64,000 bases of DNA from Verrucomicrobiota bacterium (lineage in GTDB: Bacteria > Verrucomicrobiota > Verrucomicrobiia > Limisphaerales > VHDF01), in NCBI GenBank assembly GCA_016871495.1, contig VHDF01000020.1:1-64000 (forward strand), read 5' to 3'. A model generated the notes under the pieces. It ran no database searches and was not told the DNA's origin. It was given only the letters and a program-made list of their open reading frames with translations. The position numbers were made by a program, and so were the translations under genes. Below, in pieces: positions 1 through 10,300 of this stretch; the stretch's first letter is position 1; each line of letters opens with the position of its first letter.

Positions 1-510
1 AGGCTCGCGGACTGATTCTTGGAGTTTGCCGCCGCCGATGATGTCGCCAACGGGGGAGTCCTGCTGGCCTTGCCTGCGCTGCTGTCGGAGGGACTGTTGC
101 GACATACGCGTGAGCATTACACGCTGCAGGACGCCGCCATCCACCAGATGTGCATCCTCCTCAATGAAATAGAAACCGTCTTTCCGACCACCCAACTCCG
201 TCTCATCTACCGCCAGGTCGGCTCATCCTGATTCCACCCGAGGTCAGGATGTCTGAGCCTGGAGCAAGTTGGACCTTCGCGAACGCGGTCGCCATCAGGA
301 AATCGCGGCGCAAATCCGGTCCAACCAGGGAATGGTCTTAAAAATTCTAACGATGGATCGGGACAACGAGCAGGGGTTGTTGCGCAAAGGGCTGCTCCCG
401 CCCCGCGCCCAGTCTTCCGCTCGCGGTCAAGAGTCTGGATTCGTCGCTCATACCTACCGACGGCATGCGCCTCCTTCGCGGGGCGCCTGAGTTCCCAGCC
501 CCCTCTTCCG

Positions 511-1443
511 ATGCCGATCGAGAAAATCCTGGTCCTCGAAGACGATTCTATCTTCCGCAAGAACCTCGAGCTGCAGCTTCGCGAGAGGCGTTATGACGTC
601 GTGAGCGCGGAAACCCTTGCCGAGGCGGAGGAGAAGCTCGCGCGCGACTCCTTCGACCTCATGATGGTGGATATCCGGCTGCCGGACGGGGACGGTTCGT
701 CCCTGTTGGCCACGATGCAGGGACGTCCATCCCAGCCCCTGCTGGTGATGATGTCGAATTTCGGCAACATTCAGTCCGCGGTGGAATGCATGCGCAACGG
801 GGCCATCGATTATCTGGCGAAGCCCTACACGCCTGCCCAGCTTGATTTCACGCTGAAGAAAGCCGAGCAATACAACCAGCTGGTCAAGGTCAACCGGTTT
901 TTCAATCACGATGAGGGGCAAGACGGGGGCGGCGAATTGCTGGGACGCAGTGCGGCCATGGAGCAGCTCCGGCAATTGATCCGCAAAGTGGCTCCCACCC
1001 AGGCGACCGTGTTGATTCAAGGGGAAAGCGGCACGGGCAAGGAGCTCGTGGCGCGCGCCCTCTACCGGCAGAGCCCGCGCGCCGGAGCGGCTTTTATCAA
1101 AATGAATTGCGCGGCGGTTCCCGAGAATTTGATCGAGAGCGAGTTTTTGGGGCACGAGAAGGGTTCATTTACCGGCGCCTTGTCGAAGCGGGAAGGCCGG
1201 TTCGAGCTGGCTCACGGCGGCACGATCCTGCTCGATGAGGTCAGCGAGGTTTCGCCGTCGATCCAAGCCAAACTCCTGCGCGTGCTTCAGGAGCGTGAAT
1301 TGGAGCGTGTCGGAGGCAACCGCACGCTGGCCGCGAAAATGCTGGATATCAGCATCCGCACCCTGCGCAACAAGTTGAACGATTACGCCGGACGCAACGG
1401 CAGCCCTCAGGAAATCGAGGTGGAGGAATCCGCCGAGGCCTAA
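511..1443 (+). CDS. Sigma-54-dependent response regulator (NtrC family: REC domain + AAA+ domain + Fis-type HTH). The AAA+ domain is truncated in frame.
   Basis: N-terminal receiver motifs (LVLEDD..., MMVDIRLPDGDG). Walker A GESGTGKE and a GAFTGA-like 'GSFTGA' motif are present, and the protein ends in a Fis-type HTH (GNRTLAAKMLDISIRTLRNKL). It is only 310 aa, and the sequence jumps from 'ERVGG' straight into the HTH. Confidence 0.8.
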   Translation: MPIEKILVLEDDSIFRKNLELQLRERRYDVVSAETLAEAEEKLARDSFDLMMVDIRLPDGDGSSLLATMQGRPSQPLLVMMSNFGNIQSAVECMRNGAIDYLAKPYTPAQLDFTLKKAEQYNQLVKVNRFFNHDEGQDGGGELLGRSAAMEQLRQLIRKVAPTQATVLIQGESGTGKELVARALYRQSPRAGAAFIKMNCAAVPENLIESEFLGHEKGSFTGALSKREGRFELAHGGTILLDEVSEVSPSIQAKLLRVLQERELERVGGNRTLAAKMLDISIRTLRNKLNDYAGRNGSPQEIEVEESAEA

Positions 1444-1486
1444 TCCGGTTTGGGTCCGCGACCCTCCGCGGGAATCGCCCGGGGAC

Positions 1487-1852
1487 TCAGCCCGGTCCCC
1501 GATAGACGCAGCGAGAGGCGCAGGTCTCCGCCACCAGCACCTCCGAAAGCAAGGGCAACCCCGGCTTCAGCCTTTCCCAAATCCAGCGGGCCAAGTTCTC
1601 GCTCGTGGGGTTTTCCAGCCCCGGCACTTCGTTCAAGTAATGGTGGTCCAATTGCGCCATGAGCGGGCGAAAGGCTTCCTTGATATCGGCGTAATCCATG
1701 ACCCAGCCCAGGCGCGGATCGCATTCCCCTTCGACGGCCACCTCCACTCGGAAACTGTGCCCGTGCAACCGGTGGCACTTGTGGGTGGACGGCAGCAGCG
1801 GCAGGCGATGCGCCGCTTCGAATTGAAAGGTCTTTCGCAATTCCATTTTCAT
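1487..1852 (-). CDS. queD: 6-carboxy-5,6,7,8-tetrahydropterin synthase / 6-pyruvoyl-tetrahydropterin synthase family (QueD-like)
   Basis: A 122-aa protein starting MKMELRKTFQFEAAHRLP and containing ...CHRLHGHSF...EVAVEGE, which are the zinc-binding and catalytic motifs of the PTPS/QueD family. The start was trimmed to the internal ATG at 1852. Confidence 0.8.
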   Translation of the reverse strand: MKMELRKTFQFEAAHRLPLLPSTHKCHRLHGHSFRVEVAVEGECDPRLGWVMDYADIKEAFRPLMAQLDHHYLNEVPGLENPTSENLARWIWERLKPGLPLLSEVLVAETCASRCVYRGPG

Positions 1853-1859
1853 CGACAGT

Positions 1860-3221
1860 TCAATGTTCCCAATCGGTCCACTGGACGAGTTCCGCCAGGC
1901 CAAGACGTCCGTCGTGGCGCCACGCTGCCGGAGGTTGCTGCATGCGGCCCAGAGGACAGACACGGCTAACGCCCCATCGCGCGAGGCGGTACACGATTTC
2001 CGGCGCGTCCCCGTCATGGACGGCGAGGCCCACGGTCGAAACTTGGCCCCGCACGACGTCCGCCGCCTGGAGCATGTCGTCCACCGACCTCACCCCCTTG
2101 ACATAAATGAAGCGGTGCAAGCAGGACTTCTGAAACTGAGGGTCTTGTTCGAAGATGACGGTCCAGGCGGTGGAATTCTCGCTTTTCCAGAGTTGCGTGC
2201 CGGTGCCTGCCGAGGCCCGGATTTCGTAAAGCCCTCGCAGCCGCGTGATGGTGGCCGACACTTCGGGCGCGAGCACTGCGCGTGGCTCCTCCGATTCGAC
2301 CCGATCCAATTCCTGCGCGAGCTTCTCCGCGAAGGACTCCGGACTGGCGGCGCCGCCTTCCTCGACGTAGATCACCTGCGGGGAAAGACAGCCCAATTGA
2401 TCCCACGTGGCCACGTCTGCCGCCGCTTTGCCCGCCAGGCGGCCGAGATTGTGGGGGACCAGCAGGTCTTTGCTGATGAACGCGAAACTGAGCCGGTTGC
2501 CGAAGCCGAGGAACCGCACTCCCGCCGGCACACGCGAACGGATGCTTATCAGCGTTTCGTCCTGGCCCGCCGCGGTCACGCAGCCGGATTCGGCGATCAA
2601 GGCATCGGTGAGCTCCTGTTGTTCCGAAGACCATTCGGCGAATTCGAGGCAGGATCCAACGCGTGAATCCAGAGCATGCAGGGCATGCGCGAAAACGCGC
2701 GGAATCAGCGAGGTTCCAGGAGAACAACGGAAAAATTGGGAGGACTTGGCCAGCAGTCCGAGTACCATCGACTGCAGCGCGGAAACCGGCAGCAGCCGCG
2801 GAGTGATGTGCCCGATCATCTCGGGCCCCGTCGCGACCGACGATTTATTCGCGCGCTGTTCCACGGGTGTGGAGCAGATTTCGTCCAGGCGGCGCTCGTG
2901 TCCCAAGTCCTGGCGCAGGAGATCCAGGATCGAGTCTCGCGTGAGCGATTCGAAAAAGCGGTCCAATCCCGAGGCCAGCGAAGCCGGAGAAAGACCGGTA
3001 TGGGCGGGACCCTGGGTGAGCATCCGCTGCCGAAACGGATTGGTGGGATGCCGGCATTCCTCCCCGAGCGAGGCGATGAGGGAAACGAGAGAGGAAGTAC
3101 TCATCGTTTCGAGGTACCGGGCGCGGTTTCTTTTCACCGCAATGGACGCCTCGCGCACGATGCGAGGATCCAGGACCGCCTCGGGCGGCATGTCAGCGAG
3201 ATACAGGGCGGGGAATTCCAT
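1860..3221 (-). CDS. LuxC-like acyl-CoA reductase (aldehyde-forming) family protein
   Basis: 453 aa with a probable catalytic Cys in 'WDQLGCLSPQVIYVE'. The size matches the aldehyde-dehydrogenase-like LuxC fold, and it sits immediately downstream of a LuxE-like adenylating enzyme. Confidence 0.5.
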   Translation of the reverse strand: MEFPALYLADMPPEAVLDPRIVREASIAVKRNRARYLETMSTSSLVSLIASLGEECRHPTNPFRQRMLTQGPAHTGLSPASLASGLDRFFESLTRDSILDLLRQDLGHERRLDEICSTPVEQRANKSSVATGPEMIGHITPRLLPVSALQSMVLGLLAKSSQFFRCSPGTSLIPRVFAHALHALDSRVGSCLEFAEWSSEQQELTDALIAESGCVTAAGQDETLISIRSRVPAGVRFLGFGNRLSFAFISKDLLVPHNLGRLAGKAAADVATWDQLGCLSPQVIYVEEGGAASPESFAEKLAQELDRVESEEPRAVLAPEVSATITRLRGLYEIRASAGTGTQLWKSENSTAWTVIFEQDPQFQKSCLHRFIYVKGVRSVDDMLQAADVVRGQVSTVGLAVHDGDAPEIVYRLARWGVSRVCPLGRMQQPPAAWRHDGRLGLAELVQWTDWEH

Positions 3222-3242
3222 ATCGCATCCACTCGAATAGCA

Positions 3243-4349
3243 TCAGGGCGCGCTCAGACTGCATCCCCGGGGTTCGGCGTTCGCGGAGCGTCCCCGCAGT
3301 TCGAAGGACTGGCCGTGGGCGATGACGAGATCTTCCGTTTGAAGCGCGCACACGGAGCCCACGTTGGCGAGATCCAAGACGCGAAGCAGTCCCGTTTCGC
3401 CGTCTGGAACCGGACGCTCGGTCTCTGGAGAAACGACTTGGATGCGGGCCCAGGGAGGGAATTGAAAACGGCGGTTTGCGGACGGGGCGAGGCCTCCGGC
3501 GGCGTCGTAGGCTTGGGAGCTGAGTTCGCACATGCCATATTCGCATAGGATTTGCTCGCGCGGCAGGCCCAGGAACTTCGAGAGCCGGTCATGCAAGAGT
3601 TCCTTCGGCCATGCGTGGGAGCGTCCCTTGTAGCCTCCGGTCTCCATCAACCCCGATCCCGGCGGGAGTGAAAAGGTCAGGCCTGCCCGGGCGAAATATT
3701 CCAGGGCATGGACGAACATGAACGCTGTTCCCAGGAGCAGCGCAGGAACTCCGTCGTGGCAGGAGCGGTGCAGGGCGTCGCTCAGTCGCTTCAAATCGAG
3801 ATGCCAGAGGCCTGCCGGATCGGCCATGGCCACATATTCCGCGCGGATCCAGGGGTGCCGCTGCTTTACCGTCTCGAACATGTGAACGAGCGAGGAGTGT
3901 GGCGACTGCCGTGGGGAGGGGCTGAGACAAAGCAGGTGAGCGCTCTGAAGGGAGGGGGCGAGCACCGCGTGCTGGAATCCGCGCCACAGTGAAACTTCAT
4001 AGACGTCCAGCGAGGCCGCATGGTGATGGTGCCGGCTTGGCGTCGCTCCGGTGGTTCCGCTGGAATGAAAGGTCGCGATCGTTTCTTCGTCGGGAAACGC
4101 GCGGAGGTTCTGTTCCTTGAAAGCGGCGAGGGGAATCGCGGGTATTTCGGTCCAGTGTCCTGGTGTTGCCTCCTTCTTTTGCCGGGATTGAATCCAGCGG
4201 CGATAGGGAGTGACTTGTTCCCATTGCCGGGCAAACAGGCCCAAAGCCAGTCGATCAAACTCTTCTTCCCGGGGGGCATCCTTCGGGAAATGGCGGATCC
4301 ATTCGAGAATCGATGGATTGAGGGACGGGCAGGCGGGGTGGGAAGGCAT
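3243..4349 (-). CDS. LuxE/PaaK-like adenylate-forming enzyme (acyl-protein synthetase family)
   Basis: Carries the 'SSGTTG' AMP-binding signature. About 369 aa from the internal ATG at 4349. Paired with the LuxC-like gene. Confidence 0.5.
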   Translation of the reverse strand: MPSHPACPSLNPSILEWIRHFPKDAPREEEFDRLALGLFARQWEQVTPYRRWIQSRQKKEATPGHWTEIPAIPLAAFKEQNLRAFPDEETIATFHSSGTTGATPSRHHHHAASLDVYEVSLWRGFQHAVLAPSLQSAHLLCLSPSPRQSPHSSLVHMFETVKQRHPWIRAEYVAMADPAGLWHLDLKRLSDALHRSCHDGVPALLLGTAFMFVHALEYFARAGLTFSLPPGSGLMETGGYKGRSHAWPKELLHDRLSKFLGLPREQILCEYGMCELSSQAYDAAGGLAPSANRRFQFPPWARIQVVSPETERPVPDGETGLLRVLDLANVGSVCALQTEDLVIAHGQSFELRGRSANAEPRGCSLSAP

Positions 4350-4507
4350 GCGGTTTTGGCGAGGGCGGAAGGCTGGTTGGCCGCGACAGCCTGGGATGTG
4401 GGGTGGAAAAGGAGAGGAGCGTCGGGGTGGGCGGTCTCGCCACCATGGAGTGCTGATTTCGGCAGGCGGTTGAGGGGAGGGGAGTGCCGTGTCGAGTTGT
4501 TTCGCCC

Positions 4508-5410
4508 TCACCATCGAATCGTTTTGGGGAAATACTCGGCGATCAAATCGTCGTAGAAGGGGCGCAGTTTCTCCACATCCGGAGCTTCATGGCTCTTGGT
4601 GTAAAGATCGTAGGGGTTGAACGCCTGGACCCATTTGAGGTTGGCGCGATCCTGGTCGTTGAGCAGGTGTTGATAGGCGCCTTCCCGATGCCACGGGTAA
4701 AAAGAATGGTAACGCAGCATGTAGAGCGCTTCCTGCGGCAGGTAATCCTTGGTCACGTGATAAATGTATTCGTCGTGGCCCCAGGAAATGTGGACGTTAT
4801 CCAGTCCGCAACCATTTTTATACACGCCCAGGCTGGTTTGGAACCGGGACTCCTTGGAGTCTGGATTGTCGTGGAAGAAAGGATGGAAAACGATGGTGTC
4901 GGAGTAGGCGCAGCCGACAGGGAACGTATCGCCCACCACCGCCCATTGGGGTTCGCCATAGAGGCAGAGGATCTTGCCGAGATCATGAACCAGGCCTGCC
5001 AGGATAAACCAGCGTGGGTGACCGTCCTGCCGGATTTGCTCCGCGGTTTGGAGCAGGTGTTGCAACTGGGACAGATCCGTATCGGGATCGCTGTCATCGA
5101 CCAGGGTGTTGAGGAACTCCATGGCCTCCCAGATCCCCATCTGCTTGCGACGGAGGGAGAGGAAATCTTTCTTCTTGGAGAGGACGAAATCGTAGGTTTG
5201 CCGATGATGGTTTTGCCGGTAGAATTCGCGGACGGAGGGGCGGGCGTTGGCTTCGTAGTTTCGGAACTGTTCCTTCTTCTTGGCTGGGTCGGTCGCTTTA
5301 AAGGGAGTGGTCGCCACCGCGGTCGTCGCGGGTTCGGGGTACCGCTCTTTGACAAATTCTTCCCATTCTTCGAGGCTTTGCAGCGGTTGGTCGGACGAAG
5401 GCTGTTGCAT
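4508..5410 (-). CDS. myo-inositol oxygenase (MIOX, HD-domain di-iron oxygenase)
   Basis: Strong similarity to eukaryotic MIOX across the protein: [79 protein letters not shown]. The start was placed at the internal ATG at 5410 (MQQPSS...). Confidence 0.85.
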   Translation of the reverse strand: MQQPSSDQPLQSLEEWEEFVKERYPEPATTAVATTPFKATDPAKKKEQFRNYEANARPSVREFYRQNHHRQTYDFVLSKKKDFLSLRRKQMGIWEAMEFLNTLVDDSDPDTDLSQLQHLLQTAEQIRQDGHPRWFILAGLVHDLGKILCLYGEPQWAVVGDTFPVGCAYSDTIVFHPFFHDNPDSKESRFQTSLGVYKNGCGLDNVHISWGHDEYIYHVTKDYLPQEALYMLRYHSFYPWHREGAYQHLLNDQDRANLKWVQAFNPYDLYTKSHEAPDVEKLRPFYDDLIAEYFPKTIRW

Positions 5411-5604
5411 AGGATTTCGATAAAACGCTCCCGAATCATGGCGGCGAGGCGCGACTTCCGGCAAGCCACAAAACGTGGCCTTCCAGCCTGGCGGTGCATC
5501 CCGAAGTTGTCTGGAGTGTGGCGCAGGCTGCCCAGCCTGCCGTCTCGCCGACGGCCCGGCGGGTGAAGAACCAGGCCCTTCCATGCTCTCCAGGCGCCTG
5601 GAGA

Positions 5605-5733
5605 GCCTATTTCATGCACGGGACGCCCGGTGAGGACACCGGGCCTACAAACACGGAGGCAGTCGAGATTGTAGGCCGCGTGCCCTCACGCGGCGCACTG
5701 TCGCGGATTCAAGCTCAGTATGAAATATGCGGG
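5605..5733. repeat. Family-2 palindromic intergenic repeat, copy 1 (~130 bp, REP/MITE-like)
   Basis: Near-identical to 37599..37729 (about 85-90% identity). Termini are inverted (tatttcat...atgaaata) and there are internal hairpins (cccggtg/caccggg; ggcctacaa/ttgtaggcc). Confidence 0.6.
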
Positions 5734-5875
5734 CTAGTCCCTTCGTCGCCCCGCAGGCTGGGCAGCCTGCGAAACAGCAGACAGGGCTGCCTGCGTGACC
5801 AGGACAACCCGGTCACCGACAACCTCTTGATGCACCGCCGGCGTGGCCATGCCAAGCCCGGCGGAGGGATCCGGT

Positions 5876-7306
5876 TCAGGCGAGCAGGCCTGGCACGACT
5901 TCTCCGGCGATTCCGGTCAATCGCATGTCCAGGCCTTGAAAACGGTGGGAGAGCTTGCGGTGGTCGAATCCCAGCAGGTGAAGCAGCGTGGCATGCAAGT
6001 CGTGCACGTGGACCGCGTCGCGAACCGCATTGAACCCGAGTTCGTCGGATTCGCCATGGACGTGTCCGCGCTTCAGGCCTCCCCCGGCCATCCAGATACT
6101 GAAAGCGCGGTTGTGATGGTCGCGTCCGTCGTTGCCGCCTTGCACCATGGGGGTGCGGCCAAACTCCCCGCCCCAGAGGACGATTGTGCTGTCGAGAAGT
6201 CCCTTTTGTTTCAGATCCTTGATCAAGGCCGCGCTGGCGCGGTCGGTGTCCACGCAGTTCTGTTTGATGGCCTTGGTGAGATTGCCGTGCTGGTCCCACG
6301 CTTCATGGAAGAGTTGCACGAAGCGGACGCCCCGTTCGGCCAGGCGCCGGGCGAGGAGGCAATTCCGCGCAAAACCGGGTTGTTTGGGATCTTGGATGCC
6401 GTAGAGATCGAGCACGTGCCGGGGTTCTTTGGAGAGATCGAGCAATTCCGGCGCGCTCGTTTGAAGTTGATAGGCCATCTCGTAGTTCTGGATGCGCGCG
6501 GCGGTTTCGGGATCGCCGTTTACGTTCAGTGAGGCCTGATTGAGCTCGCGGAGGGTGTCGAGCGAGGCGCGCTGGGTTTCCAGGTCGAAGCCCCGGGGAT
6601 TGGACAAATAGAGAAGGGGATCGCCGGTCGGACGCAAGGGAATGCCCGAGTAAAGCGTGGGCAGGAATCCGCACCCGTAATTGCTGGCACCGCCGCTGGT
6701 TCCTTTGGCGGATGTCAACACGACATACCCGGGCAGATTCTCACCCTCGGATCCGAGGCCGTAGAGCGTCCAGGAACCGAAACTGGGCCGGCCGAAAATC
6801 TGCGAGCCGGTGTTCATCATGATCTGGGCCGGCGCGTGATTGACGGCCTCGGTCTGCATCGTTCGCACGAGGCAGAGTTCATCGGCGACTTCGGAGGTGA
6901 ACGGGAGGATTTCGCTCAGTTCCATCCCGCACTGGCCGCGCGGCGCGAATTTGTATTTCGGACCGAGCAAGGCCGAGTTCGGTTTAATGAAGGCGGCCCG
7001 GTAATCCTTCAGAAGATCCGCGGGCGGGAGTTGTCCGTCGCGTTTGGTCAGTTCGGGTTTGGGGTCGAACAATTCCAAATGGCTGGGGGCACCCGCCTGG
7101 AACAGATAAATGACGCGCTTGGCTTTGCCTTGGAAATGGGGCGCTCGCGGGGCGAGGGGATTGCCGGGCGATTTCGACGGACGCTTTTCGCGAGCCAGGA
7201 GTGATTGAGTGGCCAGGGCGGCCATGCCGACGCCGCAATCCCGGAAGAACCATCGGCGCGTGATGAGCCTGGCCGTTTCCCGCCGGATTTCTTGGGCTAA
7301 GTTCAT
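5876..7306 (-). CDS. DUF1501 family protein (sulfatase-like fold) with a TAT-type signal
   Basis: N-terminal 'TRRWFFRDCGVGMAALA' signal, and C-terminal DUF1501 motifs (VLWGGEFGRTP, DHH...). It is the typical partner of the adjacent PSCyt/PSD gene. Confidence 0.85.
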   Translation of the reverse strand: MNLAQEIRRETARLITRRWFFRDCGVGMAALATQSLLAREKRPSKSPGNPLAPRAPHFQGKAKRVIYLFQAGAPSHLELFDPKPELTKRDGQLPPADLLKDYRAAFIKPNSALLGPKYKFAPRGQCGMELSEILPFTSEVADELCLVRTMQTEAVNHAPAQIMMNTGSQIFGRPSFGSWTLYGLGSEGENLPGYVVLTSAKGTSGGASNYGCGFLPTLYSGIPLRPTGDPLLYLSNPRGFDLETQRASLDTLRELNQASLNVNGDPETAARIQNYEMAYQLQTSAPELLDLSKEPRHVLDLYGIQDPKQPGFARNCLLARRLAERGVRFVQLFHEAWDQHGNLTKAIKQNCVDTDRASAALIKDLKQKGLLDSTIVLWGGEFGRTPMVQGGNDGRDHHNRAFSIWMAGGGLKRGHVHGESDELGFNAVRDAVHVHDLHATLLHLLGFDHRKLSHRFQGLDMRLTGIAGEVVPGLLA

Positions 7307-7308
7307 AA

Positions 7309-10300
7309 TCAATGCTTGGTCAGAGTTTCGTCGAGATTGAGGAGCACGCGCGAAGCGACCGCCCATGCCGCCGCGTCCCGGGGGGTGGTCTTTTCGGGAA
7401 GCGAGGCTCGCCGGGAAGGGTCGCCGGTGGCGAGTTCGTTGGCATTCAGCCAGCCTTCGGAGATCTTCTTCCGGCGGGAATCCAGGAGTTCCAGCAACGC
7501 TTGTTTTTCGGAAGGACGCGGGGCGCGTCCGACGCAAAGTTGGTACGCGTAGTCGGCTCGCCGGGCATCCGTGGCACCGCCTTCACGGAGGATGCGCAGC
7601 GCGAGGGCTTGCGAAGCTTCGACAAACACCGGTTCGTTCAGAGAAGCAAGCGCGGCCAGCGGCGTGTTGGAGCGGGGCCGGCGGGCGCAGGATGTGTCGG
7701 CGTTCGGAGCGTCAAATGTGGAAAGCGCGGGATCCGGCATCGACCGCTTGCGAAACACATAGAGCGACCGGCGGTAACGCTCCGGTCCCTGCGCTGGAAT
7801 CCAGTAGTCCATTCCGAAAAAATTGAAATCCAGCACGTTTTGAGGCACCGGGGGAAAAATGCTTGGTCCTCCGATGCATGGGGAAAGCAATCCTGAAGCG
7901 GCGAGGGCGATGTCGCGGATCACTTCGGCCTCGGCACGGAAGCGTGGCCCGCGCGCGAGCCACTGGTTGCCGGGATCCTTTTCCTGTTGTTCGGGAGTGA
8001 CGCGGGAGGATTGGCGGTAAGTGGCCGAGGTCACGATTCCCCGGATCAGCTGTTTATGGCTCCAGCCTTTTTCCATGAAATCGACCGCCAGCCAGTCGAG
8101 CAATTCCGGGTGAGAGGGCTCGGCTCCGCGCAATCCGAAATCTTCCGAGGTCTCGACCAAGCCGCGTCCGAAGAGGGCCTGCCACACCCGGTTCACGGCC
8201 ACGCGGGCGGCGAGGGGTGAGCGTTGGTCCACGAGCCATTGCGCGAAAGCCAGTCGGCGGGGAAGGTTGCCGGGTTCGATCGGATGCAAAACCGCGGGCA
8301 CCTGAGGACGGACGGTTTCTTTCGGGCGGTTCCATTGCCCGCGATCGAGGCGTCTTGTTTCGCGTGGGTCTTCGGGGCCGCGCTCGGCGAGGTGGAGGAT
8401 CGAGGTGACAGGGTCCGGATAGGGCTTCCAGGCGGCTTCGGCCTCTTCGTTGAATGATTTCAGTGCGGGGACGGAGTGGCGCCAGGCCGCGAACAGGGTG
8501 CGACGTTGTTTGTCGGTGCGCCTGGCTTCGGGGACGCGCAGGGCGAGGATCGCCGCGTAATCGACAGGCGGAGCCGAAGGATGGGGATGAGTGGTGGTGG
8601 AGAGACGGAACCTTCCGACCATGGTGTTTTTGTCCCCGTTGTTGTCCCCGCCATGATTCATGCGCAGCGAAAACTTGAGTTTGGTGCCGCGTGGAAGCGT
8701 TTGCGGCGTTTCAAATTGAACGACGGCGACGGACTCGGTGTGGCGCCGGCCTCGTCCGCGATCCGCGCGCCAGCCCGTCAGGTCGTTGGTGTCGATCAGA
8801 TAAGCGACCGGACCTCGCCGGCGCTTGCCATCCTTGTCGAGCGACTTGTTGCTCCATTCCGGCTCCATCGAGCCATCGGGCTCCGAGAAATCCGCGGTGG
8901 CTTGGGCGAGTCGAAGCGCGGTCCATTGGTTGCTGCCGGGCCTTTTCGCCTCGACGATGAGTTCGGAGAGTGCCCAGGTGCCAAGAAAGCTTCGGCCCGG
9001 GCCGTCGTAGGGCAAATCGCCGTGCGTGAAGATCTCCAATCGCAACCCTGTGATGTTCTCCATCGCCGGTTGGGCGATCATGTACACGTCGCCAGAAACG
9101 GTGCGGTGTCCCAAGGTCAGTATGGAGCCATCCGGGAGGGTGGTGGGATGGTTCAATTCAGACGTGGAATGGAGATCCTCCGCCTCGATCACTTTCCAAT
9201 CGTACCGGTCGGAGGTATCCAAGACCTGCTTGCCCCAAGCGTCGAGTTCAGCAGCCCAGTGCGGACGCGACTCGCGGACACGTCGGTCGACATCGTCCAG
9301 CGTGGCCTGGAGTTTGGCGATGCGTTCCTGTTGCTCGGAGTTATAAACGCGGGACTGAGCGTCATAGCTGTTGTTGATGAACGAGAAGAGTCCGTAATAC
9401 TCCTCGTGCGAGATGGGGTCGAATTTGTGGCTATGGCATTGGGCGCATTGCAAAGTCAGGCCAAGAACGCTTTTCCCGAGCGTGTCCATGCGGTCGAAAT
9501 TGCCCTCCATCCGGAACTCTTCGGGAACGATGGCGCCTTCCTCGTTGATCATGCCGTTCCGAAAGAAGCCGGTGGCGATGAGTTGATCCTGCGTGCGTCC
9601 GGGCAGGAGGTCGCCGGCGATCTGCTCGACGATGAACTGGGGATAGGGCAGGTCACGGTTGTAGGCTTGGATGACCCAGTCCCGCCACGCCCACTGCTCG
9701 CGCATCAGGTCTTTTTCGTATCCGTTGGAATCCGCGTAACGCGCCGCGTCCAGCCATTGCCTCGCCCATTTCTCTCCAAAGTGCTCACTCGCCAGCAGGC
9801 GGTCCGCCAGGGATTCGACGGCGGTCCCGAGGTTCTTCCGGGCTTCGGAGACAAAGCGGGCGGTTTCCGCGGGCGAAGGAGGCAAGCCGATGAGGTCGAG
9901 GTAAAGGCGACGGGCCATTTGTTCAGGGGAGGCGGCGGGAGAAGGCCGGAGACCTGCTTTCGCCAGGCGCGCCTGAACGAAATGATCGATGGCGGCGGAG
10001 CTGTTTTGTTTTAGACGGGAGGGCAGGGGGCTCTTGATGGGGGATTCGAAAGCCCAATGTTTGGAGTAGGGGGCGCCTGCGGCGATCCATCGACGCAGCA
10101 GTTCGGTGTGCTGGCTTTTGACCGGATGCTTTTCGCCGGTGGGAGGCATGACGTCGTCCGTGTCGGTGGTGAGAATGCGTTGAAGGAGGGCGCTCTTCTC
10201 GGGATGGCCCGGGACGATGGCGGGTCCATCCGATTTGCCGCCGTGGAGGGCATCGTCGCGAAGATCGAGGCGCAGTCCGCCCTTGCGGGCTTTTTCGTCG

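Noticed and set aside
19-231. 70-aa ORF with a TTG start at the left edge of the window
   Set aside because: It is bounded by an upstream in-frame stop at 13-15, has no recognisable domain and no supporting context. It may be a small protein, but the evidence is insufficient.
4484-5619. Plus-strand ORF 4484-5566 and minus-strand ORF 4753-5619, both overlapping the MIOX gene
   Set aside because: MIOX (4508-5410, minus) matches a well-characterised family across its whole length. The others are antisense or alternate-frame artefacts.
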